A stretch of 60,149 nucleotides of DNA from a virus (Duplodnaviria > Caudoviricetes), in IMG/VR virus record IMGVR_UViG_3300033273_000263, positions 1 through 60,149 of that record; one strand, 5' to 3'. Below are positions 35,515 through 46,340 of the stretch, one piece after another. Below the pieces are notes generated by a model, which saw only the letters and a program-made list of their open reading frames with translations, ran no database searches and had not been told where the DNA came from. The stretch's first letter is position 1, and every line of letters starts with the position of its first letter. The translations under genes were made by a program, and so were the position numbers.

Positions 35515-36696
35515 CTAAAGAGAGAATCCTGCAAACGTGTCAGCGGTAACATCCTGCTTGATAGCACCCACAACATAGGACTCGATCTCAGTCTCTTGAG
35601 GAGCGTTCTGCTGACCCTTAGAGTTCAACCAATGCTCTGTCCAGGGAAGAGGGTTGCTCTTGGCAGGGATGTCATAGATAGGATCAAAACCAACTGCCTT
35701 CAGACGACGGTTAGCAATCCATTCCACATAACGACCCAGCAATTTAGCGTTGAGACCGATCATAGAACCGTTCTCGAACAGGTACTCTGCCCACTGCTTC
35801 TCTTCATCAACACACATACGGAACATCTCAATGACGTTCTCTTTCTCTTCCTCCATAATCTCAGACATCACAGGATCATCACCTGCTGCCCACTTGTTCA
35901 GAATGTTCTGTGTGAGTACAAGGTGTTGTGATTCATCTCTCGCAATAAGAGAAATGATTTTTGCCGATCCTTCCATAAGCTTAAGTTCGCCAAAAGCAAA
36001 CGAGCACGCGAAGGAGACATAGAACCTAATTCCTTCCAGGATGTTAACATTAACTACTGCTCGGTAAAGTTTACGTTTGAGTTCGCGAAGTTCTTCTTCT
36101 GCAACAGGAACACCCTCAAGATTGTGCTTCCACATAGGACCAGATCCCCACTGCTGTGCAGCGTTGATGAACTCGTCGTATGCTGCAGTCACAGACTGTG
36201 CACGTTTGATGATGTTCTCGTTGTCCAGAATGGTGTCAAAGACTTCTTCTGGATTACTGTAGACGTTCTTGATGATGTGCGTATAGGACTTGCTATGGAT
36301 CATCTCAAAGAACTCCCAAGCAATCATAGCAGATTCCAACTCAGGTAGTGAGCACCAAGGGATAAAAGCAAGCCCAGGACCACGCCCTTGTACGGAGTCA
36401 AGGAGGATCTGGTACCGTAGATTGCTTGTAAAGATGTGCTTCTGGGTTTCATTCAGTGTTTGATAATCACTACGATCCTTCTGGAGAGAAACCTCTTCAG
36501 GTCTCCAGAAGTACCCCAGTTGCTGCGTCGTCAGTTTATCAAAGACGGGATACTTAGATCCATCGTATCTCTGGACCCCCAGAGGGGGTCCGAAGAACAT
36601 TGGAGACTTCTTTGCTTCTACTCTGTTAGGGTTAAATACTGTAGTACCTTTGATGCTGTCGCCGTCGTTGTTCAACTTAAACTTTGCAACTGTCAC
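35515..36696 (-). CDS. nrdB: Ribonucleotide reductase class Ia beta subunit
   Basis: FWRPEE, LDSVQGR, E.IH..SY, LEGIRFYVSF, RDE..H, APQETE..SY. Confidence 0.97.
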   Translation of the reverse strand: MTVAKFKLNNDGDSIKGTTVFNPNRVEAKKSPMFFGPPLGVQRYDGSKYPVFDKLTTQQLGYFWRPEEVSLQKDRSDYQTLNETQKHIFTSNLRYQILLDSVQGRGPGLAFIPWCSLPELESAMIAWEFFEMIHSKSYTHIIKNVYSNPEEVFDTILDNENIIKRAQSVTAAYDEFINAAQQWGSGPMWKHNLEGVPVAEEELRELKRKLYRAVVNVNILEGIRFYVSFACSFAFGELKLMEGSAKIISLIARDESQHLVLTQNILNKWAAGDDPVMSEIMEEEKENVIEMFRMCVDEEKQWAEYLFENGSMIGLNAKLLGRYVEWIANRRLKAVGFDPIYDIPAKSNPLPWTEHWLNSKGQQNAPQETEIESYVVGAIKQDVTADTFAGFSL

Positions 36697-38971
36697 AATC
36701 TTCCTCCTTAGCGTTTGCGATTTCGTTTAGTAGTTTTTCTAGGCGTTCTGCCTCATTATCATTCTTACCATCATATGTATTTTGATAGTAAGAAGTCTTC
36801 CAACCGTACTTGTACGTAGTAAGCAAATCATTTGCCATTACAGAGACAGGCACTTCATCGTTGGGATAGTTCTCTGGATTGTAGGACCAGTTACCACTGA
36901 TTGCTTGATCAAAAAACTTTTGCATCACGGCGGTGACCTTAATATAACCCTCATTAGATATCATATCCCAGAGAAGAGTGTACTTACTCTTGAGATGAGG
37001 GTAACCAGGAACAATTTGCTTGAGTGGACCTTTCTTGCTCTTCTTAACGGACAGGTAGTCGCGAGGAGGTTCGATTCCATTGGTAGCGTTTGACACAACG
37101 GAACTGCTCTCCGATGGCATCTGTGCGGACAGTGTGCTGTGTCGGAGTCCGTGCTCCAAGATAGACTCTCTAAGACTCTGCCAATCATAGAAGTATGCAG
37201 GTGCCACAATTTCGTCAACTTCCTTCTTGTAAGTATCGATGGGAAGGATACCATCAGCGTACTTGGTACGGTTAAATACATCACAAGGACCCTTTTCCTT
37301 GGCGAGAGTGTTAGATGCCCTCAGGAGGTGATACTGGAATGCCTCAGAGAGTTTATGGACCTCAGTGTAAGCAGCAGGATCATTATACTTGTGACCAAGT
37401 TTAGCAAGGTAGTGTGCCAGACCAATAAAACCAATACCCAAAGAACGACGGGCAAGGGTGCTGCGCTTAGCAGCAGCAACAGGATACTCCTGATAGTCAA
37501 TCAGTTCTTCGAGACCACGGACAGTAAGGTCACATAGTTCTTCAAGTTCACCCAGGTTACGCATCTTACCAACGTTGATTGCCGACAAAATGCACAATGC
37601 AATCTCACCATCTGCATCATCGATATGATTGATGGGATCGGTCGGGAGAGTAATCTCCTGACACAGGTTGGACATATAAACTTTGTCCTTAAAGGAAGAG
37701 TGAGTGTTACAGTGATCGATATTCATAATGTAAATACGACCAGTCTCATTCCGCTCCTTCAGAATATCCAGAATCAACTCTTGTGCTGGAATTGCTTTCT
37801 GAGGAACATCGGGATCTCCCTCATAGGCACGATATAGATCGTCGAAACCATCAGTACCAAATGCTTCATAAAGACCAGGCACATCGTGAGGTGAGAAGAG
37901 AGTGATGTGCTCATTGTTAATGAATCGCTCATAGAAGATTTTAGAAATCTGAATAGAGTAATCCAGTTTTCTCACACGGTTATCTTCAGTACCTTTGTTG
38001 TTCTTGAGGACGATGATGTCCTCTATTTCTTGATGCCAGATAGGAAAGTGAACTGTAGCAGAACCACCTCGGATGCCGTTTTGTGTGCAGCATCGTACAG
38101 TTGATTCAAACTTTTTAAGGAAGGGGACCACACCTGTGTGTTGTACCTCTCCATCTCGGATCTTGCTGTTGATACCACGGATTCTGCCTGCGTTAATGCC
38201 GATTCCAGCACGTTGTGCGACGTATTTACCAATAGCCATATCAGAGCTAAAGATAGAATCGAGGGTGTCATCAACATCAACGAGAACACAAGATGCAAAT
38301 TGGCGCAGTGGTGTTCTGACTCCTGCCAAAACTGGTGTTGGGACGTTGATCTTTCCTTTGGAGGTTGCTGTGTAGTAGCGTCGTACATAGTCGAGTCGTG
38401 TTTCCTTAGGGTAACTCTGGAACAGCGTTGCTGCAACCATAATGTACATAAACTGTGGCGTCTCATAGAGAAGACCACTGCTACGATCCTGTACCAGATA
38501 CTTATCGACAACCTGACGGAGACCTGCATAGGTAAACCCATAGCAGCGTTGGTGATCGATAAAACTATCTAGTTGTTCCCACTCACTATCTTCATATTTA
38601 TTGAGAATAGACGCATCATATACTCCCAGTTCAACACATCTTTCTACGTGACTCTTGAGAGATGGGTACCCTGAGGTATTCCAGTCTGGGAACACTTGTT
38701 TGCGTACAGAAAACAGGAGTAAACGTGCAGCAACGAATTGATAGTTTGGATTATCGAGACTGATCAGGTCACTAGCAGACTTAATCAGGATATCTTGAAT
38801 TTCAGAAGTCTTAATGCCATCGAAGAACTGAAGGTTGGCATTCATTTCTACTTGTGATTCACTTACGCCTGCGACTCCTTCGCAAGCAAACTCAACCATC
38901 TGATGTACCTTGTCAAGGTTGAGAGGTTCGGCAGTTCCGTTCCTTTTAATGACATTCATACTTTCTTCCAC
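36677..38971 (-). CDS. nrdA: Ribonucleotide reductase class Ia alpha subunit
   Basis: ATP cone; QFASC, SNLCQEI, MPSESSS, KTSYY, C-terminal CDSC. Confidence 0.97.
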   Translation of the reverse strand: MEESMNVIKRNGTAEPLNLDKVHQMVEFACEGVAGVSESQVEMNANLQFFDGIKTSEIQDILIKSASDLISLDNPNYQFVAARLLLFSVRKQVFPDWNTSGYPSLKSHVERCVELGVYDASILNKYEDSEWEQLDSFIDHQRCYGFTYAGLRQVVDKYLVQDRSSGLLYETPQFMYIMVAATLFQSYPKETRLDYVRRYYTATSKGKINVPTPVLAGVRTPLRQFASCVLVDVDDTLDSIFSSDMAIGKYVAQRAGIGINAGRIRGINSKIRDGEVQHTGVVPFLKKFESTVRCCTQNGIRGGSATVHFPIWHQEIEDIIVLKNNKGTEDNRVRKLDYSIQISKIFYERFINNEHITLFSPHDVPGLYEAFGTDGFDDLYRAYEGDPDVPQKAIPAQELILDILKERNETGRIYIMNIDHCNTHSSFKDKVYMSNLCQEITLPTDPINHIDDADGEIALCILSAINVGKMRNLGELEELCDLTVRGLEELIDYQEYPVAAAKRSTLARRSLGIGFIGLAHYLAKLGHKYNDPAAYTEVHKLSEAFQYHLLRASNTLAKEKGPCDVFNRTKYADGILPIDTYKKEVDEIVAPAYFYDWQSLRESILEHGLRHSTLSAQMPSESSSVVSNATNGIEPPRDYLSVKKSKKGPLKQIVPGYPHLKSKYTLLWDMISNEGYIKVTAVMQKFFDQAISGNWSYNPENYPNDEVPVSVMANDLLTTYKYGWKTSYYQNTYDGKNDNEAERLEKLLNEIANAKEEDCDSCKV

Positions 38972-39957
38972 TGTGAAAATTTAACTTTGGCTGTGAGACC
39001 TTGGTAGGTATTGGATTCTACCAGAGATTGAACATCGTGTCCAGCAAGGACCATATCATTGATGTCCTTTTCTTTAATTGTATTTGGCCAGATGACTACT
39101 TTGTAACCTCTGGTGATGGCATTGGAGATTCGAGTTGTGATTTGTTCGTTACGTGGTTCGTTATCAAAAACATAAACAGGATCGCTCCAATTAAACGACC
39201 CAATATCAACGTCAGCCCCACACATTGCAACGCAGTTTTCCAAGAAGAGAGAGTCAAACGGTCCCTCCACGATGTAGATACTACGGTCATCTCGTACTCG
39301 GTCGAGACCGAAGAGTTTGGGTTTAGTTTCATCAAACAGAATAGTAATGTATCTAAGTTTGGTGTGTGGAGATAGTGATCTACCTTGGATTCCAAACCAG
39401 GTACCATCAGGATTTGTCAGAGGAATAATGATCCTTGGCAGATCCTTCTGGAGATTCTCAAACGTTTGCTTTTGTGTGTTAACAAACCTCTTGAACCTTT
39501 CAGCATAATAGATATGTTCTAGTTTAGAACCTGTGATTTGCCTCTGTTCAAGATAGATCCGAGCGGGGTGTTCTTTATTTAGCGAGTCAATACTTGGCAG
39601 CTTAGTACCAGTATTAAAATTCGGTTTGTTGTGAACTATTTTGGTGAAAGATGGTTCTGCAACTCTGGTATGCTTGCCCGTCAGTCCTTCCTTGTACCGT
39701 TCTAGAACGTATTGATCGTATAGATCCCTAGCATTATCCTTTAGGAAATTGGCAAGCGTCCTACCTACACCACAGTTATGACACTTGAAGATAAAGTCAC
39801 TACCCTTGGTGAAGAAATAACCCCTTGCTTTTGACTTCTGCTTCTGAGAGTCACCGCAATAGGGGCATCTAAAGTTATAGAGGGTTGACTTTTTCTCCGT
39901 GAACTTGTCGAGACGACCGCCGACCAGGCGAGCGTACTTGACATTAACGTAACTCAT
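38956..39957 (-). CDS. gp61: DNA primase gp61
   Basis: CPYCGDS...CHNC zinc finger, EGPFDS, DNEPRN, KDIND. Confidence 0.95.
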   Translation of the reverse strand: MSYVNVKYARLVGGRLDKFTEKKSTLYNFRCPYCGDSQKQKSKARGYFFTKGSDFIFKCHNCGVGRTLANFLKDNARDLYDQYVLERYKEGLTGKHTRVAEPSFTKIVHNKPNFNTGTKLPSIDSLNKEHPARIYLEQRQITGSKLEHIYYAERFKRFVNTQKQTFENLQKDLPRIIIPLTNPDGTWFGIQGRSLSPHTKLRYITILFDETKPKLFGLDRVRDDRSIYIVEGPFDSLFLENCVAMCGADVDIGSFNWSDPVYVFDNEPRNEQITTRISNAITRGYKVVIWPNTIKEKDINDMVLAGHDVQSLVESNTYQGLTAKVKFSQWKKV

Positions 39958-40382
39958 CCTGGTCTGACGATCTCAACTCCTGTTATTGTACTTGTATATG
40001 GAGCATCCGTCAATATTTTGACAACAGGTGGTACCACTTGTAATAGTGTCACAATCGTAGCAATTACAGCAGTGGCACCGATGACAAACTTATTATTCTT
40101 TTCAACTTTCTTTTCAAGAACACCCATCTTATCATCGATGTTCTTGAACATACGATCATCATACTTCTGATGATCTTTAATCATCTGGACGATAGCATTA
40201 TTTGCTTTGTCGCCTTCATCGAGTCTGTTCTCGTGACGCTCCAAAACGATAGCAATCTTGTTGCTATTATCTGAGATAGTGGAGACTGCTCGCTCAAGTT
40301 TGTCGAGCATCTCTTTACTTAGGTCTTCATAGATACCGAGTTTAGATTCAAGGACCGCTAACTTACCAAGACCAAAAGCCAC
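39954..40382 (-). CDS. Coiled-coil protein with C-terminal TM helix
   Basis: Heptad-rich region then FVIGATAVIATIVTLL. Confidence 0.65.
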   Translation of the reverse strand: MAFGLGKLAVLESKLGIYEDLSKEMLDKLERAVSTISDNSNKIAIVLERHENRLDEGDKANNAIVQMIKDHQKYDDRMFKNIDDKMGVLEKKVEKNNKFVIGATAVIATIVTLLQVVPPVVKILTDAPYTSTITGVEIVRPG

Positions 40383-40385
40383 GAC

Positions 40386-41342
40386 TCAACACCCCTTAGA
40401 CTGATACTTTTTCTTTGTGCAGAACTTGCGAGGTTTTTTAGTAGTCAGTCCCATCATCGGAGGATCGAACCCCGCAGTGGGTCCATTAGCATCAGCACTA
40501 CCACTGAAACCACCATCACCAGCACTCATTGTGGGTGCCTCTTCAGGAATAAAATCTTCTTTGCGAGTCTTCATACGCTTAGCGTATTCATAGTAAGACT
40601 CACCAGGACGCAGTTTTTTCCAGTCAGAACCGCTGGACTTCTTAGCACTGGTACCACGATCTTCACGAGCACGTTGGTTAGGACCAGGACCACCTAACTT
40701 ACGGTCCTTGTCAGGATCGGGATGCCAGAAATCGCCACGCTCTAGGATAGTTTCTTCACCCATTGCTTTCTGTTTACGAAGTTTCTTAGGATCCTTAGTC
40801 TTGGATGCTCCGTAACCTTCTGGACTATCAGGATCTCGTGCAACTCCGTGTCTTGCACTTCTTTCATAATCAGACATATTTGCACGTCTTCTCTTTGCTT
40901 CATCTGGAGAATACTTTCTACCAGTGTTGTGCCATTCCTTACCAACGTGACCTCTCTTCTCAGCATCAGCAGAAGCAGCTCTACGCTCATTCTTCTTGCG
41001 ATTTGCTTTGAAGTCCTTCAATGTCATTCCTTCATCAACAGTCTTTCTACGACCACCGCTCATCGCTTGATCGTGCTGAACAGGTCTACCAGTTTTTTTC
41101 TTGGCAACCGCTCTCTTAGAACCATCAGGATTGATAAAGTCTGAAGGATAGGTTGCTTCAGATACTTCTTCCTTCTTCACAGGAAGGTTCTTCTCTTTGG
41201 TCTTAGCAAATTCTCTGACTGCCTTGACGGACATATCCTTCGCGGCATCACGAACTTCGGGAGATGGGTTGTCCATCTCTCCCTTCTGGGTGGCACGTAC
41301 CATCCCCATAAATCTACGTTGTGCTACAGACTTTGCAGGCAT
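40386..41342 (-). CDS. Modular charged protein, putative internal head protein
   Basis: MPAKS.AQ.RFMG module; segments delimited by xxE sites. Confidence 0.65.
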   Translation of the reverse strand: MPAKSVAQRRFMGMVRATQKGEMDNPSPEVRDAAKDMSVKAVREFAKTKEKNLPVKKEEVSEATYPSDFINPDGSKRAVAKKKTGRPVQHDQAMSGGRRKTVDEGMTLKDFKANRKKNERRAASADAEKRGHVGKEWHNTGRKYSPDEAKRRRANMSDYERSARHGVARDPDSPEGYGASKTKDPKKLRKQKAMGEETILERGDFWHPDPDKDRKLGGPGPNQRAREDRGTSAKKSSGSDWKKLRPGESYYEYAKRMKTRKEDFIPEEAPTMSAGDGGFSGSADANGPTAGFDPPMMGLTTKKPRKFCTKKKYQSKGC

Positions 41343-41704
41343 TAGATTTTACTCAATTCTTCTTGAACATATTCGTCAAAATCAATATCAGTGAGCAGTC
41401 CTTCCTCAAGTCTATTCAAGAAATAGAGGTAAGTCTTTAGCGCACTCCAGTATTGACTTTCTATCTTAAAGATAAGCAGCGGGATTGCTGCATCACCAAA
41501 CACATTAAACAATACGATTAGATGATTAATAATGAGATGATTACGTAACACCCCAGTCTTAGCGTACCTTCCAAAAAGGCGCTTCAGATATTTGAAGCGC
41601 ATCATATCTTCTTGGAAGTCTTCGTATGTTACTGACTGGGGGTTATCATAATGTTTCATTGCGAACAACATAAAATTGTCCGCATTGAGCACCGTAAAAA
41701 TCAT
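41342..41704 (-). CDS. Conserved T4-like hypothetical protein
   Basis: NF..FA.K.Y.NP...F.ED..RFKY.KRL...LI.NH.I.L.NVFG. Confidence 0.75.
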   Translation of the reverse strand: MIFTVLNADNFMLFAMKHYDNPQSVTYEDFQEDMMRFKYLKRLFGRYAKTGVLRNHLIINHLIVLFNVFGDAAIPLLIFKIESQYWSALKTYLYFLNRLEEGLLTDIDFDEYVQEELSKI

Positions 41705-41721
41705 AATATATTAGCAAGTTA

Positions 41722-42303
41722 TCAAGTGCCGAAGGTCAGAACTGCGCTGTCGGAGATAACTTCTTCTGCACCAGCGGTGCTTGTCAGTTTCACACGATAC
41801 TTGTAACCGTCTTCGGATGCGGTCAGACCAGTCAGTGCCAGAGATGCACTGGTTGCACCACTGATGTTGCTCCAGCGGGTACCAGTTGCAGTTTGGCGCT
41901 GCCACTGATAGACCACGGTACCAACGTCTGCAGTTGCGGTAACCGAGAAGGTTGCTGCACCAGATGCAGAAGTCTGTGCTGTGGGTTGTGCACTGATGGT
42001 GATTGCCGATGCCACGTCTGCTGCGATGGTGTCGTCAGACAGAGTTTCGTTAGCATTGGTATCGGGGTTGCTGAGGACCATCAGGTGCTCTGCCTTGTGA
42101 CGTGTCTTACCAGATGCGTCAGTATATGTGCGATATGCCCACCAACCAGGGGAAGTGAGACCACGCTCTTTGTTCTCGCTCAGACCTGCTTCGGTCGCAT
42201 CAACGAAAACGATTGTTTCGGTGGAAGAACCACTGCCGTTTCCACGGGTGGCTGCCACTTTGGTTTGGTTTGCTACTGCGTCAGTTCTCCCGTAAAGAGA
42301 CAT
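41722..42303 (-). CDS. Virion structural protein with Ig-like domain
   Basis: PGWW.Y..Y.D..G..RHK.E; I..QP...F.V...YQWQ...GAT..L...DGY.YR Ig motif; TATAAATA at 42335-42342. Confidence 0.75.
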   Translation of the reverse strand: MSLYGRTDAVANQTKVAATRGNGSGSSTETIVFVDATEAGLSENKERGLTSPGWWAYRTYTDASGKTRHKAEHLMVLSNPDTNANETLSDDTIAADVASAITISAQPTAQTSASGAATFSVTATADVGTVVYQWQRQTATGTRWSNISGATSASLALTGLTASEDGYKYRVKLTSTAGAEEVISDSAVLTFGT

Positions 42304-42341
42304 TGTTTCTTACTCCAGTTAATTGCCTATTAGTTATTTAT

Positions 42342-42368
42342 AAAAAAGGGAGGTGTTACCCTCCCCCT
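42342..42368 (-). terminator. Rho-independent terminator
   Basis: GGGAG-GGTAACAC-CTCCC-TTTTTT. Confidence 0.65.
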
Positions 42369-42372
42369 TCTA

Positions 42373-42576
42373 TCACTCTTCGTCCCTTGCCTTGATTGCT
42401 TTCTCAACCACTGCAAGTAGTTGGTCGTCCATATCGGTCTTCGTTAGGGTAACTGCCTTCTTAAGGATCACCAAGCAAAGTTCGATAAGTTTTTCGCCAA
42501 GTTCCTCATTATCAGGGATGTTTGATACAGCATCCTTTACAATTTTGGATGCTAGGGGAAGCAGAAATGCCAACAT
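42373..42576 (-). CDS. Conserved small hypothetical protein
   Basis: GAGG RBS; T.TD.DD.L motif. Confidence 0.65.
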   Translation of the reverse strand: MLAFLLPLASKIVKDAVSNIPDNEELGEKLIELCLVILKKAVTLTKTDMDDQLLAVVEKAIKARDEE

Positions 42577-42612
42577 AATTAACCTCAGGATAGAAACTCT
42601 ATCCTATATAGG

Positions 42613-43062
42613 CTAGTGGTTGTGAGATTCTGCAACTACAACTTCAAGATCCTCAACAGCAACGTGCTCAAAGATCCGACCTACTTCGTCTACGATGTCG
42701 TAGTGAGTCACTCTATGAGTGATATCGCCTTGGGGTTCTGCCATTTCCTCAAGGGTGTGACGCTCGGGAATAGTGGTGCACAGACCATAGTCAGCGTGCT
42801 CAACATACTTAGCACAGATGTGAGTCTTCTTACCCATCGCCTTAGCAACTGTCTTGCGACGGTTCAGCAGGTACTTGTCAGACTTATCGTGGTCACCGTC
42901 GTTGTCGATGTCCTTGTCCTCTTTCCCCACGGGATCAAGTTTTTTTGCTGCTTCCTTCAGAGTTTCCAACTCCATTTGGAGCAGTTGGCGGATGGATTCT
43001 TTCATTAGATCAGATTTCTTAGGGTTGATGATAACTTTGGTTTTCTTTTCAATTAAGTCCAT
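42613..43062 (-). CDS. Hypothetical protein, putative head-internal
   Basis: [22 protein letters not shown] module. Confidence 0.65.
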   Translation of the reverse strand: MDLIEKKTKVIINPKKSDLMKESIRQLLQMELETLKEAAKKLDPVGKEDKDIDNDGDHDKSDKYLLNRRKTVAKAMGKKTHICAKYVEHADYGLCTTIPERHTLEEMAEPQGDITHRVTHYDIVDEVGRIFEHVAVEDLEVVVAESHNH

Positions 43063-43064
43063 AA

Positions 43065-45137
43065 TCACTTACCAAAATTAGGAAACGCTTTATTGAAGAC
43101 TTCAGAAGCTTCCTTGTGCTTACCTTGCTTAGTCAATTCTTTCGACTTAGCAAGTGCTGCAGATTTTGCCTGCTGCTCAGGAGTCTTCTCCTCACCCAGA
43201 CGGCGAGCAACTTTGTCGCTACCTCTGGATACTGCACGGGCAGTCTTACCAACTACCTTCTTGATACCACGCTTAATGGCACTGCCTGCACGACGCAAGA
43301 GTGACTTTTTCTTGGTACCACTATCACTAGAGGAAGAACCACCAGAGGAAGAGGAGGAAGAACCACCACCGCTGCTGGAACCACCAGAGTAGGAAGAACC
43401 AGAAGAGGTTGTGCTAGAGGAGGAAGAACTGCTACTGCTCTTACCACCCGAAGAACGGATCTTATCGAGCAGTGCCTCACCCTTCTTACGAGTTTCAGCG
43501 TCCTTGTCGGAACCACTAGACTTTGCAGCGGGTTTAGAATCACCACCAGAAGACTTCGACTTGCTCAGTGCCTCACGCTTTGCCTTGATACGTGCTGCTT
43601 GGTAAGAACCAACAGCGTGACCTGCTGCTGAACTTGCAGCACCGATTACTTTCTTAGCACCAGACTTAACTGCTGCCTTAGCACCCGAACCAACTTTCTT
43701 AGCACCTTCGCCTGCCTTAGATGCTGCAGACTTTGCTGCTTCACCTGCCTTAGAGGCACCGCTCTTCAGAGCAGAACCAACAGCAGCTGCTGCTTTCTTG
43801 ACTTTCTGTACGCGAAGGGCACGACGACCTGCTCTAGCGGCAGGAGTCTTTGCTGCTGCCTTAGATGCCTTAACAGCAGAATCGTAATAGTCTTCAGTGA
43901 GGAGTTCCATTTCAGCGAAAGTCTCACACGCTTCTTGGAGGAGTTCTTCGCTGTCCAGGTCAACCAGTGCTTCGATGATCAGATCTTGCAGATCCAGATC
44001 GGTCAGGGTGTCAAACTCTTCATTGAGTTCATCAACCAGATCCCACATCCACTCTTCGGATTCCTTGACGCAGTTAGGAACTTCCTTACCACCCTTCATC
44101 TTGGTACCCTTAGCAACGTAACCATCCCAGCACTTGCCAGCACCAACATTCTTGCGAGCATTCTTCAGACCTTCTGCCAGATCAGGGTGAGGTGCATACA
44201 GGGGACCTTCATAGTTACCAGCAAATTCTACATCTTCTTTGTAGTTGCTACGTGCTTTCTCATCACCCATCTTGGCGAAACGCTCATTCTCTTTCTGACG
44301 AGCGATAGCAGAGACAATCTTAGAAGACTTGTTCTGTGCATCTTCCTTATTCTTACCCTTGGAGGACAGAGAAGTACGTGCCAGGTTACCAGCACGACGA
44401 TACATCGCGTTTTCTTTTTTCTTGTCGATGGGTTTGTAACCCTCTTCGACTTCATTCTCTTCTACGTTAAGAGTCTTGGGATAGTTCTTATCCCCAGGCT
44501 TAGCAGGATGCTCGCCACGCTCACGCTTAGCGTGAATGTTATCCCAGAGACCTTTCTTCTCCTCCAGGTTCTCTCCAGTTGTTTCTGGTTCAAATGAATT
44601 CTTGAGCGCACCTTTGCCGTACTGAGCCGTAATTTGCGCCCTAACCATATCAACTGCCTTCTTCTGCGCTGCACGAGTTGCTGCAGGGTCATACTTCTTT
44701 GCTCCTTTGTTAGAGGAAGCACTAGATCCGTAACGCTGATTTCCACCAAGACCGCCTCTTTCCATACGACGGTCTCTCAGGCGGTCTGCCTCTTCTTCTT
44801 TAATGACCTCTTCGGTCTTAGGGGAAGCGTCAGATGCTTTTGTACTGATGGAACGTTGGGTTGCTGTTACAGGTCCCTCAGTAGTTTGCTTTTCTTTGAC
44901 GCTATCAATCTTTCCAGAAGCAGCACTAGGTTTCGCCTTGATAGTTGCCATATTCTTGTTCTCAAGAATGATGTCGGCAATCTCGATGAGTCTGTCAGTC
45001 TTCAGTTTAGACTCAATATATTCGTGAATCTCCTTCACATCTTCACAGTTATGTGATGCATACTCAACAACGTATGTCACAGACTGTAGCTCTGCAGGGG
45101 AATACTTAAGTAGTTTCGCGGCGTAAATTGGGTCCAT
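43065..45137 (-). CDS. Large modular low-complexity protein, putative internal head polyprotein
   Basis: Lys/Ala/Ser-rich modules separated by xxE sites; CTAAATA late motif upstream. Confidence 0.7.
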   Translation of the reverse strand: MDPIYAAKLLKYSPAELQSVTYVVEYASHNCEDVKEIHEYIESKLKTDRLIEIADIILENKNMATIKAKPSAASGKIDSVKEKQTTEGPVTATQRSISTKASDASPKTEEVIKEEEADRLRDRRMERGGLGGNQRYGSSASSNKGAKKYDPAATRAAQKKAVDMVRAQITAQYGKGALKNSFEPETTGENLEEKKGLWDNIHAKRERGEHPAKPGDKNYPKTLNVEENEVEEGYKPIDKKKENAMYRRAGNLARTSLSSKGKNKEDAQNKSSKIVSAIARQKENERFAKMGDEKARSNYKEDVEFAGNYEGPLYAPHPDLAEGLKNARKNVGAGKCWDGYVAKGTKMKGGKEVPNCVKESEEWMWDLVDELNEEFDTLTDLDLQDLIIEALVDLDSEELLQEACETFAEMELLTEDYYDSAVKASKAAAKTPAARAGRRALRVQKVKKAAAAVGSALKSGASKAGEAAKSAASKAGEGAKKVGSGAKAAVKSGAKKVIGAASSAAGHAVGSYQAARIKAKREALSKSKSSGGDSKPAAKSSGSDKDAETRKKGEALLDKIRSSGGKSSSSSSSSSTTSSGSSYSGGSSSGGGSSSSSSGGSSSSDSGTKKKSLLRRAGSAIKRGIKKVVGKTARAVSRGSDKVARRLGEEKTPEQQAKSAALAKSKELTKQGKHKEASEVFNKAFPNFGK

Positions 45138-45160
45138 CTCTAGGCTTCTTTTTGATAATA

Positions 45161-46309
45161 CTATTTAGACTTACGGAAGTCGCTGAACTTTTTCACCGAC
45201 TGCCCAGGTGTCATTTCCTGTACTGCTGTACGATATGCATCGGTACCAACCTTCCAAGTGTTACCAGATCCATCGTCTGCAGAATGATGCTTCTCTGCTA
45301 CCTCATTGAGGTGCTGCAACCAGCAACGGAATCTCCATCCATTCTCATCTTCAAAGATTGCATAGTTAGTTCCTCTATATACAATCTCACCACGAACACC
45401 AGTATCGAGGTGCTCTACAAGTGATCCAAGATTGAATACTTCTTTAGAAACGTATGCTTCACGGAGACCTTGCTGGTCAAGTTTGGGAGCAATGCTCCAC
45501 ATTTCTTCTACTTGCTGTTCTTGCTCAACAATACCCATCCCCTTACGAACAGCATTCATCAGGTTTTTTGCCAGTTGCTCGTTACCACCAGGGATACCCT
45601 TAGCAAACTCAGCGATGTTACCTTCAGCAGCAAATGCACGCATCTTAGATGCGGACATACCTTCTACTCCTTCGGCATCAGGGTCACGTTCACCTGCGGA
45701 TTCAACTCTGAGTTCTTCAAAATTGTATGCTGTGCCATTATACTTGTTAAGAAGATTGCTGAACTCAGCAACGCGATCAGAACCGACAACCATAGTAACA
45801 GAAGAATATCCCTCTTCATTGATTGCTGATAACACATTAAAAATATTCCCCTTGTCAGATTCATTTACAATAGCATCCTTATGGGAAGGATACATCTGTT
45901 TCATATATCCGATCTTTTCCTTGGGTTCAAGGGGGTTCTTCTTAGGATCCACCGAACGGGAGGGATAGATTCTATAGTCACCACCTTCTGCCATCGATGC
46001 TACTGTGTCAAGCAGTTTCTCGTGACCGATTGTGGGAGGATTGAAACGACCGAATGTGATGGCAATGGAACCAAGGTCTTGGACACTTGCATTGCCCTCG
46101 TCCTCAACAGCACCGTTTTCAGCACTTGCCTGTGCTTGCGCTGCTTCCTCTGGACTGACCGCTACTAGGCGCTGACCGCCCTCAGATTTTGCAACAATGT
46201 TACCAGTACGATCAGCGTAGTAACCGTGACCGACGTGTTGCAGACCACGTTTTGCTGCTGCTTCTCCAGCGACTGTACGTGCTTCAGTAATAAAACTAGC
46301 GAATCTCAT
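45161..46309 (-). CDS. Cytidyltransferase-like (HxGH nucleotidyltransferase)
   Basis: FGRFNPPTIGH, VGSDRV, SAG.RDPDA...MSASKMR. Confidence 0.85.
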   Translation of the reverse strand: MRFASFITEARTVAGEAAAKRGLQHVGHGYYADRTGNIVAKSEGGQRLVAVSPEEAAQAQASAENGAVEDEGNASVQDLGSIAITFGRFNPPTIGHEKLLDTVASMAEGGDYRIYPSRSVDPKKNPLEPKEKIGYMKQMYPSHKDAIVNESDKGNIFNVLSAINEEGYSSVTMVVGSDRVAEFSNLLNKYNGTAYNFEELRVESAGERDPDAEGVEGMSASKMRAFAAEGNIAEFAKGIPGGNEQLAKNLMNAVRKGMGIVEQEQQVEEMWSIAPKLDQQGLREAYVSKEVFNLGSLVEHLDTGVRGEIVYRGTNYAIFEDENGWRFRCWLQHLNEVAEKHHSADDGSGNTWKVGTDAYRTAVQEMTPGQSVKKFSDFRKSK

Positions 46310-46340
46310 CGTGTTATTCGTTGTTTCCCTTATATATTTA

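Noticed and set aside
35515-38971. Introns or inteins in nrdA/nrdB (also checked psbA, gp43, gp41)
   Set aside because: All are continuous ORFs of normal length with no intein motifs
43320-43450. Repeated GAGGAAGAACC units as a possible CRISPR or tandem array
   Set aside because: Simply encodes the Ser/Gly low-complexity tract; no constant repeat-spacer periodicity
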